The notes: generated by a model from the sequence alone, not told the origin. A DNA stretch of 64,000 nucleotides from an uncultured Pseudomonadota bacterium (GCA_963843375.1 CAWJKT010000011.1:320001-384000); one strand, 5' to 3'. Numbered from the stretch's first letter, positions 50,001 through 61,383 are shown. Numbers and translations: made by a program.

Positions 50001-53000
50001 CTCGCTGGTAGGCCTCATCAGTGGATCGGAGAAGATGATCCGGTTGGCGAGTTTTTGGAAAAGCTGGGCCTCATCGAGGTCGATTCCCAAGTGGTGAAGC
50101 CGAGCTTTCGACTGGGTCCAAACGAGGTTGGAGGTACGTTCGAAAGCGGAAGAGTTATGGTATTTTTCCGCCAGTGCGAGTATTGCGACGCCCGACCCCG
50201 CCACCAGGGTGGTGAAGCAGACTTTGGCGGTTGCGCCCGGCTGGATCCTCACCTTCACCCGAAGACTCAGGATAGGATCCAGAACCGCGCCTGCCGTGTT
50301 GGAAAGGGACCGGCCGTCCATGACGGAGATGGGTCTGCGGAGCGTCCGGCCCCGGCCGATGAATTTCGAGCGGTCGCTTTCATACTCCACTTCGCCAAAG
50401 GTCTCCCCGTTGGAGGAGAGAACCTGGGCCATAAAGATCCGCTCCTCGCCCGCGGATCGGGCCCGGCGGGTCGCCGCCAGCGCCGACAATTCGGGAAGAA
50501 ATTCGGTATGAACAAAAAGGTTCGAGAATGCGGGATGGGCAAGGTCGGCGTCGGGTGAAGCCAGCACCACTTCCGAATAGGACGTGATCTCGATTTCCCG
50601 GACTTCGGTACCCGGATTGGTGAGGGAGAGCCGCCGAAGCTCGGCATCGTCCTCTGTGGAAACGAGGACTTCCATGTCGGTGGCAAGGGAGTGGTCCACC
50701 CGCGAGATCCGTGCCCGGTCCTCCGAAAAGACGACCTGAGATTGAAGCGGATCGACCAGGGTTGGCTGATAAGCCGCCGACCAAACCTCTCCGTTATGAA
50801 GATCTCTCAAAAAAAAGTAGCTCCCATAATGGTCCCGGGTCACATCCTCCCGCCACCGGGTGACCGCGCGATTTTTCCAAAGGCTGTACCCGGAGCCGAC
50901 GGCGGTGATCATGACTGCGTAGCGGCCATTAGACAGCAAATGGGAACTGGGGATAGGATGGTGGGGTGAGCGGATTTTGCGGAGAATGGAAGGAACGAGT
51001 TCCTGAACCTTTTGGATATCCACTTCTTTCACTTGGTCCCGGGCTGCTCCCAGGTTGCGGGGAGTTCTTTCCTGAAGAAGGAGTTCGCCGGCTTGGACGA
51101 GGGCGTCCATGTGAAAGCGCCGCCGTAAGATACCCTGGTGGACCACATTCGAAAGGCTCAGAAGCGACATGCCTTGATGATGGGCCATATAGGAACGTAC
51201 CAGGGCGAAGTTCTCCTTCTCTCTGAGCCGGGAGGGGGTATAGTCCAGGGATTCGTAAAAACCGAATGTTCCCAGGGCCCCCATTTGTTCCAATCTTTTA
51301 AAGTTTTGGAGCGCCTCCCGCGCCTCCACCATGGCCGCCAAAGCAGTCGCGTAGGGAGCCACCACCAAGTCCTTGGAGAGCCCACGCTTCAACCCAAGCC
51401 CTGGAATTCCAAAGGTGGAGTATTGATATGTGAGATCCAGGTCGCGGACATTGTATCCGGATTCTGAGACGCCCCAAGGCACGCCTGTGAAATTCCCGTA
51501 ATGAATTTGCCGACGGACTACCCGATGACAGGTCTGGTCCAGAAGGCTACCCTCAGGTGTTGTCATGATCAAGGATGGCATCAAATATTCGAACATGGAA
51601 CCGGACCAAGAAACCAGCATGGCATCGCCCTTGTCAGCTACCAATCCCCTGCCCAGCCGGAACCAATGGGAAACGGGCACATCCCCCTTAATAATTGCCA
51701 CATAGCTGGCCAGCCGGGCTTCTGAGGCCAGCAGGTCGTAACAACCCTCGTCCAACTGATCCTCTGCCACCCGGTATCCGATGGAAAAAAGCTTCTTTCC
51801 AGGATTCAACAAAAAGCCGAATTCCATTCTGTTAAATAAATCGCTGGCAAGTCCGGCGATTTCCTCCAACCGGTTCAACATTCCGCGCCCGTTTCGGGCC
51901 GAAAGGTCCAGGGCTTCGGCAACCCGATCGAAATAAACCTCGTCCACAGGGGACCGGGACTTGGATTGGCGGATGGATTCGAAAGAAGCCAGCGCCTTTT
52001 CACAATGACTAGGCGTTTCGGCCAGTGTTAGTCCATCCGTGAGGAGACTTTGGATGGAGGAGCGAAATTCCTCCATCTTCACGGAAAGGCCTGGTTGGGT
52101 TTCGTTACCGGGGTGGGCGCCATCCGAAAGGAAATAGACCCAGGGGAACCATTTGCGAAAGTCCCTTATATGGCTTTTAACGCTGTCGGCGACCTGGTCG
52201 GCCCAAGCCGTCGTTTCACTTTTTTCCTGGGCGCGTTGTTCGGCGGCGAAGGAATGAGCTGTGTCCTTTAGTGTTTCGGCGCGGAGGTCTAGTTGATCCC
52301 AATAGGCGGCCCATTTCGAAAGGGAGTCAAAATGGGCCGCTCCGTCCAGTTGTTCCTCGAAAAGGCCAATTTCTTTTTGAAGCTGGCTTAAGGGGGTGAC
52401 CGAGGTCCGGCCATGATGGGGAAGCTCCTGGACCGACCGTTTCAACAGAATCACCGAGTCCTTGATCCCCATCAGGTCGGAGGTTGAAAAAAGCGGCCGA
52501 TGGGCCAAGTCCCGGCAAGCCTGAGATAAAGTGAGGAGATGGCCGGCTAAGTTGCCGCTATCCACCGTGGAAATATATTTGGGTTCCAACGCCTGGAGGG
52601 TCTGGGTGTTATACCAATTGAAAAAATGTCCCCGGAAACGCGGAAGTTTTTCCAGGCTTTTCAGGGCCAATTCCAGGCGGTCAGCCATTTCCCCCAATCC
52701 ACACCAACCGAAATCATGGGCCGTCACCACGGACAAGAGGAATAGTCCGAAATTCGTAGGGGAACCGCGATGGGCAATGACCGGCTCCGGGTCTTCCTGA
52801 AAATTATCGGGAGGCAGGAAGTTGTCTTCAGAGGAGGCAAAATGACTGAAAAACCACCAAGTTCGCCGGCCGTAGAGCCTGAGTTCCCCTGTTTCCTCTG
52901 AACTTAATGGGAGGCTTTCTCCTCTGGACTCGGGCAGGCTGATCCAACGGGCGAACCAGGGAGCAGATAACCATAAGAGGGCAAAGGGGGCGCAGAGGGG

Positions 53001-55906
53001 CAAGACCCGGGGATTCAACAATGCTGTTAAGCCGGCCGCCAACATCCCGATAGAAATAGACCCCTTCATTCTTCGACCAAAACTGGAAATTGAAAGGGAT
53101 GAGTTGAAATTAGCCTTCGCGGCCGTGACCCATTCCAGAAAATTCCGGTGGCTGACGAACAATCGGTAAAGTGTTCGAGTGATTGCGTCTAAGTGCATCC
53201 AGGCCCGATTGGCGACAAGAAGCAGATTGACGATGAATTGTCCTCCACCCAGGAGAAAATTCCTTCGGATTTCCACTAGTTGGTCCCTCCAATGCAGGGA
53301 AGTTCTCCAAAAAGCCAAGTCCCCCAAAAAAGGCATCAGGGAGGGAAGGGCAATCGCCGAAAGAGCCAAGCCGACCCAGACCGTCCGATCAACCTGGGGA
53401 AGGCAAAAGGCGGAAATTAATAGGCCGATGGTGCCGAGGGGGGAAAGACTCCGTCGCAGGTTGTCGGCCATTTTCCACCGAGCGAGGGTGGAGAGGGATG
53501 TCCCCGCTCGCCCGAAGATCCAGGGCAGAAGCTGCCAGTCCCCCCGAATCCAACGGTGGCTCCGGGAGGTTGAGATTTCCGCATGGGAGGGGAACTCCTC
53601 GAAAAATTCCAAGTCACTGGCGTATCCACATCGGGCGAAAGAACCCTCGAAAAGATCGTGGCTCAATAAACGGTTTTCCGGGATCCGGCCTTCCAGAGAT
53701 TTTTCATAGGCATCCACGTCATAGATTCCCTTTCCGGTAAAGCTGCCTTCGCCGAACAAGTCTTGATACACGTCGGAGACGGCCGAAGCGTAGGGGTCAA
53801 TTCCGCATTCACCCGAAAAGAGCCTCTGGAAAATGGATTTCTCATTGCGTCCCGGTAAAAAGGCAGTTACTCGAGGTTGTAAAATCCCATAGCCCTCCAC
53901 CACCTTCTTTAGCTGGGGATCCAAACGGGCCCGGTGGAGGGGGTGGGCCAAAATCCCCACCAATTGATTAACGACCCCCGGCGGAAGTTTCGTGTCGGCG
54001 TCCAGGGTAATGACATAACGAACCCCATTAGGGGCCTCAACAACAGAGCCGTCCGGGTTGAAGTAGCTGGTGTCGACCGCTTTCCTCAGAAGACGGTTGA
54101 ATTCATGGAGTTTCCCGCGTTTGCGTTCCCAACCCATCCATTTTCCCTCCAATGGATTCCAGAGCCTTTTGCGGTGAAAGAAGAAAAAACGCGGATTTCC
54201 ATCTGGCGCCGGCCCGTGTTTTTGGTTGAGTGCGGCCACTCCTTGAACGGCCGAGGATATTTTTTTGAGGTCTTCTGGAGAAATTTCCAAATCCGAGTCG
54301 GGCCAATCGGTGAGAAGGGCGAAAAGGACATCTCCCTCGGAATTAGAAAGATAGTGAACCTCCAATTTTTCCAACTGTTCGGGGATATCCAACTCATCCT
54401 CCAGCAGGGTTGGAACAACCACAAAGGTACGAAAATTTGAAGGGAGGCCTTCTGGAAATTCCAGTCGGGACAAATGCCTAGGAGGAACCATCCGTGTGAC
54501 AAAACGATTGACCCAATCCACGGCTAGATCGGAAGCGGGGAAAAAACCAAAAGCCAGCAAAAGAAGGAGTATGAAAATAGGCAGGGCGGGATTCAAGAGG
54601 ACGGCGATCCCGAGAAGGACAAACGTTATCAATAGAAGGTTTCCCATATAAGTGACGGTTGGATGGTCCGTGCAAAGCCGCAGGAAGCGGTCTTTAACCG
54701 GAACCCGGAAGCCGACCTCTTTTTCAAAAGACCTGCGGCCTTCCGAAAAAAGATAATAGCCGGGGTCCCGAAACCTTTCGGAAAATCCGCTTTGACCGGA
54801 CCCTCCTTCGGCTTTTTGGACCGCCCAGCGGGCGATTTCCAACTCGCTTTTTTTAGAGCCTTTGGCAATTTCCTCTATTGCGGCACGGTAACTGTTGCGG
54901 GTCATGAAATCCATCTTTTGGAAATTGGGGTGTTCCGCCAGGATTTCCTGGACAAGGCTGACCCGCTCGAAGAATTCCTGCCAATCGAAGGTCGGTCATG
55001 GAACGGAAACTGGTGATCATATTCCGGACGGTGCTGTTGTTGGCGGCCTGCCGGCTGTGGACGGAAGCCACCAGTTCCTCAGCGGTCGTTTTCTTGGCGG
55101 CCAACCTTTCGTTCAACCACCGAACCAAAGGTGTTCCCGTGGGGTCCTGGTAACGCAAGCGCTGGATAAGCTGAACCAGGAATGCCGGATGGGCGGATTG
55201 TCGCTCCAATTTCGACGCAGAGGGACGCCCGGCTGCGGCGGATTCCTCGATAAGCCCTAAAAGCTCGTCCACGAAGGTATCCGCGTCCTGCCGGGCTTCC
55301 TGGGAGGTAACCAGGTAAACGGCTATTCGGCGGAGGTTATCGACCATCACTACACGCAATGTAATGGCCAGGGCCCAGAGCTCTCCGATGGTGAGCGGCT
55401 GGACCTGCTGGTAGGAGCGGACAAAATGAATCAGGGATTCGGGATCGAAACGGCTATCCGTGTGGGCCACGTAAGCCCAAGCCAATCCGTAAACGCGCGG
55501 GATACCACTTCAAGAAACCCTCGGAAAGCTTGGGGAGTTCGTTGTAAAAATCGTGGGGCAGAAATTTTTTAATATCCCGAAGCTGTTCTTTCACCACGTA
55601 AAAGGAATCGATCAACCATTCGCCCGCGGGATGGATCGGCTTCTTTTTTTCGGCCTCCTGAGTCAGATACCGGAAGGATTCCTGGAGTATTTTTTGGTTT
55701 TCACGCAAACGGGGAGTCAGCGGGACTCCGGATTTTGGATCATCAGTTACCGTTTGGGCCACTGCCAGTGATCGGGCATGCTGGTCGAAGCGCTCAACAC
55801 TGAAGAGTTCGGAGCGAATGGGATCTTCCATGGGCCTGGAGACGAGGAAAGAGAAGGAAAGCAGGGAATTAAACTGGTGTTTGAGATTTAAAAAGGTTTG
55901 ATTCAT
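47079..55906 (-). CDS. ndvB: Cyclic beta-1,2-glucan synthase (NdvB/ChvB type, GH94 C-terminus), split by frameshifts
   Basis: [112 protein letters not shown]. Confidence 0.93.
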
Positions 55907-56086
55907 TTCGGCGATGTTCCATTCTTTGAGATTTAAACCCTGAAGATACCGATGGTTGAAATCGCCGATCCGATTTGTCCCGAATTTATAGTACTTGAAA
56001 GGGTTGAAAAACCGAGGAACCTTCTTTTGCGAAAGAAACCGGGGAAGAGCCCGGATTTTCCATCAAACTGCCCTATCGAAATAAAA

Positions 56087-56100
56087 GCAAGAAACAAGCC
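56087..56100 (-). promoter_or_regulatory. sigma54 promoter for ndvB
   Basis: Minus strand GGCTTGTTTCTTGC. Confidence 0.8.
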
Positions 56101-56162
56101 CGGGCCGGTATTTTTAATTTGGCTTGGGGGGTACTTTTTAAGATTTTAAATAGTTGGTGGAA

Positions 56163-56193
56163 ATCAAAATGAGAGCTGGCGGATCATTTTGAT
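56163..56193. promoter_or_regulatory. Paired-box putative enhancer
   Basis: ATCAAAATG-N13-CATTTTGAT. Confidence 0.8.
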
Positions 56194-56266
56194 CGATGGC
56201 ACGCAGGGGTTCGGCGGGAAACCCCTCAACGACAAAAAACAATCGTTTCCCCTCGAGTTTCATCGG

Positions 56267-56280
56267 GGTATGGAACTTGC
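56267..56280 (+). promoter_or_regulatory. sigma54 promoter for GlsB/YeaQ gene
   Basis: GGTATGGAACTTGC. Confidence 0.8.
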
Positions 56281-56334
56281 TTTAATTTAGAAGATGTAAA
56301 TCGGAAAAACAAAGAAAATTCGGGAGCGTGAAAA

Positions 56335-56610
56335 ATGATTTATTCTTTTCAATTACATAATTTGGTTTGGTTTTTGTTGGTAGGCGGTTTGGCTGGTTGG
56401 CTGGCAAGTAGTTTGGTCATGGGCGGAGGCATGGGAATTATCGCTGATATCGCCGTAGGGGTTGCTGGGGCACTTGTCGGCGGGATTTTGGCCGATTCCT
56501 TCAACTGGAACATCTATGGTTTTTGGGGTGTGTTAGGTGTTTCGATTTTGGGCGCCATGATCTTGATCGTGCTGTTCCGTGGACTTTCCGGCAGGTGGCG
56601 CAGGGCTTAA
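56335..56610 (+). CDS. GlsB/YeaQ/YmgE family stress-response membrane protein
   Basis: GGLAGWLAS..GGGMG..DI.VG.AGA.VGG, SILGA.IL. Confidence 0.9.
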   Translation: MIYSFQLHNLVWFLLVGGLAGWLASSLVMGGGMGIIADIAVGVAGALVGGILADSFNWNIYGFWGVLGVSILGAMILIVLFRGLSGRWRRA

Positions 56611-56729
56611 TGAGTTTTGAAGTTCGGTGAAGAAAATTCATGGAATCCTGGAACAACATGGTTTTGGATGGCCTCAGGTTGTAAAAAACGAGCGAAATTA
56701 ATCGTCCGTTAGAAAAAGTTTTAGAACTG

Positions 56730-56760
56730 AAGCCGCTTTCCGACGGGAAGCGGTTTTTTT
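56730..56760 (+). terminator. Rho-independent terminator
   Basis: aagccgctttcc-gac-gggaagcggtt followed by T tract. Confidence 0.8.
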
Positions 56761-56805
56761 ATTCGGGCCGGTTATTCATCGGGTATCGTCCCGGGGGAGG
56801 AGCGC

Positions 56806-57447
56806 GTGATGAAATGGCGGATTTTGATTTTGTCGACCATTGTTGGGTTTCAGGGCCCGGTATGGATCCCCGGGGCCCTCGCTTCGACAACGAAAACCAA
56901 GACCAGCAAGCCCATTCGGGATTTTATGTCCGGAAGCCAGCTTTGGATCGAGGGCAATTCCTCGGTGCGTCGATACTACCTCACCGCCGAAAAAATTTCG
57001 GCCAAAAGTGATTTGAACGGGATTTCGGAGACGAAAGCCTTGATGGACTTGATCCTCAACCGCAAGGGCCACCATCTGGTGGTGACCATGCCGGTGAAAA
57101 ACCTGAAGTCCGGCGATCCCAACATGGACCAGAACGCCTATGACAAGTTGAAGTCCAAGGAGTTTTCCGACATTGTTTTTACTCTGGGTGATTACGTGGT
57201 AAAGGCTTATCCTCACAGTCTTACCACCTATGCTCTGCTGGTATTCGGCAAGCTAAGGGTTGCGGGTGTCGAAAAGGACGTTGTTTTGGAGCCGACGATG
57301 GTCATCGGCAGGAACGGTATTCGGATTTACGGCACCCAAGACGTCTATCAGAAAGATTACGGTATCTCGCCCTATAGCGTGGCCTTGGTCATGACCACAG
57401 ATGACAAGGTCGTGGTTCATTACATGATCGCGCTGGGGCCGAAATGA
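56806..57447 (+). CDS. YceI-like secreted protein
   Basis: SQLWIEGNSSV, PVKNLKSGD..MD..AY..LK..EF..I.F, GKLRVAGVEK, DYGI.P. Confidence 0.75.
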   Translation: MMKWRILILSTIVGFQGPVWIPGALASTTKTKTSKPIRDFMSGSQLWIEGNSSVRRYYLTAEKISAKSDLNGISETKALMDLILNRKGHHLVVTMPVKNLKSGDPNMDQNAYDKLKSKEFSDIVFTLGDYVVKAYPHSLTTYALLVFGKLRVAGVEKDVVLEPTMVIGRNGIRIYGTQDVYQKDYGISPYSVALVMTTDDKVVVHYMIALGPK

Positions 57448-57559
57448 TAAAAAAAGAAATCAAGTCATTGGCGCGAACCCGACAACCCAATAACAATATG
57501 AATTTCAACTATATTTCGACGGGGGTACTAATCCTATTTGTTCTTCTCGCTTCCTTGAA

Positions 57560-58822
57560 ATGCTCGGGCCAAAAGAACGCGGGCCACGCCATCCCGGTTC
57601 CGAATCATATCGAAACACATTGAGCTCCCTAAAACCGCTTATTTCGGGAAAAAAAACCAGGCCATGGGAGGGCGAGAAGCTTTATTTTAAAGGAAACGAT
57701 TTTTTTAAAGACGTTTTAAACGCCATCCGTCTCTCCAAAAACAGCGTAGATTTTGAAGTTTATATTTATGAAAAGGGTATTTTGGGTAACCGAGTTGCTT
57801 CTGCATTAATTCAGGCCGCCCGTCGGGGGGTAAAAGTGCGTCTTTTGGTGGATGGAATTGGATCGCCCGATTGCGTCTCCGATTATGGTGAAATGTTTAG
57901 AAAAAGTAGGGTGCGATTCAGGGTTTACCGCCACCTTCCCCATTTTTTCAACTTGTTTTCCCGACCATTCGCTTTTTTGTATACCGGAAAAGCCCTTCAC
58001 CGTCTTCGGATTCTATGGTTCCGAATGAATCGCCGGGACCATCGTAAACTGTTCATGGTGGACCGGGAACGGATCTGGTTGGGAGGCTTCAATGTTTCGG
58101 ACGAGCACCTGGAGTCTGTAGCCGGTAAAAAAGCCTGGCGGGACACGGGAATGCGCCTGTCAGGTGTTCGGGACAAGGCATTCCGGCTGGCATTTAATAC
58201 GGCCTGGCACGATAAGGTTCACCGGCGTCTTTGGAGGTTTTACCGTGGCAAGTTAATCGCCTGGTTGTCCCGAAAGTCCGATTCTCATTCTATTCAAATC
58301 AACGCCACTCGCAGGCTCCGAAAGCGGTTCCACAAGGAACTGCTAGGTCGTTTGAGATCGGTTCGACGGCGGATTTGGGTCACAACGCCTTATTTCATTC
58401 CCGCCCTCCCCGTGTTTCGAGCTTTGCTAAGAGCGTCCCTTCAGGGTTGCGATGTGCGTTTGGTTCTTCCCGAGAAATCGGATATTCCGTTCGTTCGTTG
58501 GGCTTCCATGACTTTTTTTGCGCCGCTTCTGAAGGCGGGATGCCGAATATTCGAATACCACAAGAGCATCTTGCACGCGAAAACCCTTTTAGTGGATGAC
58601 TGGTCCCTGTTAGGGTCAAGCAACTTCAATCATCGTAGTTTTTTGTTCGACTTGGAGGTGGACGTTGTCCCGCAGAAGCCGGCGTCCCTGAAAGCATTGG
58701 AGCGGCAGTATGCTTTCGATTACAGGCAAAGCCGGGAAATAATTTTTCCGGATTTGAATCTCAGGCCCTATTGGGACCGGTTTTTAACTTGGCTTTTTTT
58801 TCGCCTGCGGCATTGGCTTTAA
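57560..58822 (+). CDS. Phospholipase D / cardiolipin synthase (ClsB-like)
   Basis: Two HKD motifs (RDHRKLFMVD, LHAKTLLVD), RGVKVRLLVDGIGS, WRDT, TPYFIP, GSSN. Confidence 0.9.
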   Translation: MLGPKERGPRHPGSESYRNTLSSLKPLISGKKTRPWEGEKLYFKGNDFFKDVLNAIRLSKNSVDFEVYIYEKGILGNRVASALIQAARRGVKVRLLVDGIGSPDCVSDYGEMFRKSRVRFRVYRHLPHFFNLFSRPFAFLYTGKALHRLRILWFRMNRRDHRKLFMVDRERIWLGGFNVSDEHLESVAGKKAWRDTGMRLSGVRDKAFRLAFNTAWHDKVHRRLWRFYRGKLIAWLSRKSDSHSIQINATRRLRKRFHKELLGRLRSVRRRIWVTTPYFIPALPVFRALLRASLQGCDVRLVLPEKSDIPFVRWASMTFFAPLLKAGCRIFEYHKSILHAKTLLVDDWSLLGSSNFNHRSFLFDLEVDVVPQKPASLKALERQYAFDYRQSREIIFPDLNLRPYWDRFLTWLFFRLRHWL

Positions 58823-58856
58823 CCGGAAAAATAAGCGGACCCTCAGCGCGAAGCCT

Positions 58857-58897
58857 ATCAAAATGATTTTTAAAAACCGATTTCAGATCATATTGAT
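58857..58897. promoter_or_regulatory. Paired box with wider spacing
   Basis: ATCAAAATGAT (58857-58867) and ATCATATTGAT (58887-58897), centres 30 bp apart; no canonical -24/-12 found nearby. Confidence 0.5.
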
Positions 58898-59196
58898 AGA
58901 GCTCGGAGTATTTACTTTTAATAATTTTTAACTCGGCTTGTATTGGCCTATTAACGAACTCATACTGAACTTGATCGAAGATTTTTTAAATTTTCACTAA
59001 AAATTTTTTCAACATTATCAAGTAATGGGTGGCATCCAAATCTTCGGAGGAAACGAACCTGGAAAAAAACAGGATTCAGCGACAAAGTAATACTCACGTC
59101 CTAATCTAGTTTCGGTAGGGCGGGTGCCTTGAAACACCCGCTCTATTTTTTTGAAAAAAATCATTTAATAAAAGAAAAGGCCGCCGGGGAAAGTCG

Positions 59197-60294
59197 ATGG
59201 GGATTAACCGAAATAGTTTTGGATTCTATATCATTTGTTTGGTTGTTTTGACCGGAACACCCGCCCTCAGTTTAGCCGATGATGGGAACATCATTGTTTT
59301 GGATTGCACAAAATCGGGCGGGGTCCCTGATTTAACGAGCCAATTACCGACGGTGTATGTGGCACGCAATCATTTCGATCCCTCTCGATTTTCTGAGAAC
59401 GGTGAAATATCCAAGGCCGATTTTTCCAATCTCGCCCGAACAGGATTAAAAATTCCTAAAGTCGCCATCCGTTTTAAGATCAGGAAAAATGACGAGGTGG
59501 ATGTTTATATCGTCACTTCGGTCCGGATGGACACCTTTGAGCAGGCGACCGCCACCGCGATCGCTCCGCTACAATGGGTTACCGATCCCATTAACTTTGT
59601 CACCTCAAACTTTTCCCAGGCCACCAGCCCCGTGACGACAACGAGCCAACCGATTACATTATCCATCGTGAAAACGGCGCGATTCCTCCTTAATGAACAA
59701 CAAAGACCAACCTCTTTGGAATCGGGCCGTGACGCGAAGGCTTCTTCTGTTTTTGGGGTTACTTTCAAGGCGGCGACGCTCCCGCTGGGTCCGGAGGAAA
59801 AACTTCCACCCAAAAATATTTATTATTATTATCGGCAAAGATATAAATTGAAGTTTGATAACGCCATCGTAAGCCTGTCGTTTCAGGACCAAAACGGGAA
59901 CCTGGAGGATGTGGCGACTATCATTACAGGCCCATCTGATAATTGGTTTCTCACGGCGGGGGGGCCCATCTTAGCCTACAATCCCGACACGAATGGTTTT
60001 GGCGGAAATGCCACGGGACTTTACCTGGGTTTGAATTGGACCCCCAATGATATTTTTGACCCCAACGCGAGGCTCCTCATTGTGAATTTACTGGATGTGA
60101 ATACAACCAACCCCACTTCGGCCATCGGATTAGTGGGTCTCGGGATGGGTTTTCCGAAAACGAGCCATTTTATCCCTTTGTCGACATTATCGGTCACTGA
60201 AGTCTTGGCCTACAACCTGACCCTGTCTAAATTTCAATTTATGACCATGATCAACTACGACGTAACCGATATTTTGCAGTTATTAAAATTATGA
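59197..60294 (+). CDS. Secreted hypothetical protein
   Basis: 365-aa ORF with signal peptide ending SLA; no family recognised. Confidence 0.65.
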   Translation: MGINRNSFGFYIICLVVLTGTPALSLADDGNIIVLDCTKSGGVPDLTSQLPTVYVARNHFDPSRFSENGEISKADFSNLARTGLKIPKVAIRFKIRKNDEVDVYIVTSVRMDTFEQATATAIAPLQWVTDPINFVTSNFSQATSPVTTTSQPITLSIVKTARFLLNEQQRPTSLESGRDAKASSVFGVTFKAATLPLGPEEKLPPKNIYYYYRQRYKLKFDNAIVSLSFQDQNGNLEDVATIITGPSDNWFLTAGGPILAYNPDTNGFGGNATGLYLGLNWTPNDIFDPNARLLIVNLLDVNTTNPTSAIGLVGLGMGFPKTSHFIPLSTLSVTEVLAYNLTLSKFQFMTMINYDVTDILQLLKL

Positions 60295-60340
60295 TCAGAT
60301 CCGGTAACCCGTCGATTTTGTAATAAAGGTGAGAACCAGT

Positions 60341-61135
60341 CTAGCCACGAAGGCTTTTCACGGTATATTTTTTCGCCATTGGATGGGTTGTTTGAATGAG
60401 TTGGTTTCGGCCTTTTGCCTTGGCGTCATAAAGGGCCCGGTCCGACAAGGCAATTAGTTGCCGGTAATTGAAGCCTGAGCTCTCGTAATTGGTCGCGGCT
60501 CCCAGGCTAACCGTTAGTGGGAAACGCCTCTGGCGGCAGATGAAAACTTGTCCTTGCGTCTTCTTGCGGATGCGTTCCGCCACTTTCCGCACCTCTTCTT
60601 TGTTGCAATCGGGAAGAATCACCAGAAACTCCTCGCCTCCATAGCGGACCGCCAAGTCCCGCGCACGGATGCATTTTTTCAGTAGGGCGGCGAAACACTC
60701 CAAGACATGATTTCCATAAGGATGCCCGCAAGCGTCGTTGATTCTTTTGAAATGATCCAAATCCATCATCAGGCAGGAGATCGGCTGATGGTTGGTGCAG
60801 TGTTTACGGAATTCAATCTTGAATTTTTCGTGCAGGAACCGGTGGTTTCCCAAGCCGGTGAGAGGGTCGGTGGAGAGTTCCCGGGTTAAGCGCCGGTTTT
60901 TACTCGTCATGGAATCGGTGCGGCGGCCCAGAAAAAAACCGAAAGTAGAAAAAAACAGGCTGGCAGCGGAAAGGATAAAAATGAAGAAAAGCAAATGTCT
61001 CTGCAACGCTTTGGCGATGAAGTCGGGGAGCTCCAGTGCGTGATGAGGGGAAAACCAAAGAAGGAGCAGCCCACTCAAGGGAGCCCACAAGCCCAGTAGT
61101 AAGCCGATAATGGTGTAGAGAAAAATCTTTTTCAT
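60341..61135 (-). CDS. Membrane-anchored diguanylate cyclase
   Basis: Two TM helices; DPLTGLGN, DLDHFKRIND..GH, RARD I-site, GGEEF, ALY.AK..GRN. Confidence 0.92.
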   Translation of the reverse strand: MKKIFLYTIIGLLLGLWAPLSGLLLLWFSPHHALELPDFIAKALQRHLLFFIFILSAASLFFSTFGFFLGRRTDSMTSKNRRLTRELSTDPLTGLGNHRFLHEKFKIEFRKHCTNHQPISCLMMDLDHFKRINDACGHPYGNHVLECFAALLKKCIRARDLAVRYGGEEFLVILPDCNKEEVRKVAERIRKKTQGQVFICRQRRFPLTVSLGAATNYESSGFNYRQLIALSDRALYDAKAKGRNQLIQTTHPMAKKYTVKSLRG

Positions 61136-61244
61136 CGATGAACTTATAATAGTAAGACTAATGTTGGGTAATAGAAACGGTGGAACAAAATCTCTCATCG
61201 GGGACCACTCACTTTGTGAATGGGGTGTGATAAAACAACGACAG

Positions 61245-61276
61245 CTCAAAATGATAGGCCTTCAAATCATTTTGCC
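61245..61276. promoter_or_regulatory. Paired-box putative enhancer (degenerate)
   Basis: CTCAAAATG-N14-CATTTTGCC. Confidence 0.55.
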
Positions 61277-61369
61277 ACTCGTACCGATTTCCTGTTTTTT
61301 TCAAAATACACTCGAAAAATATTTTTCATACGGGCGAGCCTTTTTGGCGCCCGAATCCTCCATAAGGTG

Positions 61370-61383
61370 GGCATGATACTTGC
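61370..61383 (+). promoter_or_regulatory. sigma54 promoter
   Basis: GGCATGATACTTGC. Confidence 0.78.

Noticed and set aside
58935..58947. sigma54 promoter GGCTTGTATTGGC
   Set aside because: GG-to-GC spacing is 9 rather than 10; kept only as a possible degenerate or indel-affected site.
19142..61276. Paired box as an FNR/CRP site
   Set aside because: FNR is TTGAT-N4-ATCAA; here the half-sites are in the opposite order and more than 20 bp apart.
19142..61276. Paired box as IHF sites
   Set aside because: It shares WATCAA but generally lacks the downstream TTR of WATCAA-N4-TTR, and it occurs as phased symmetric pairs.
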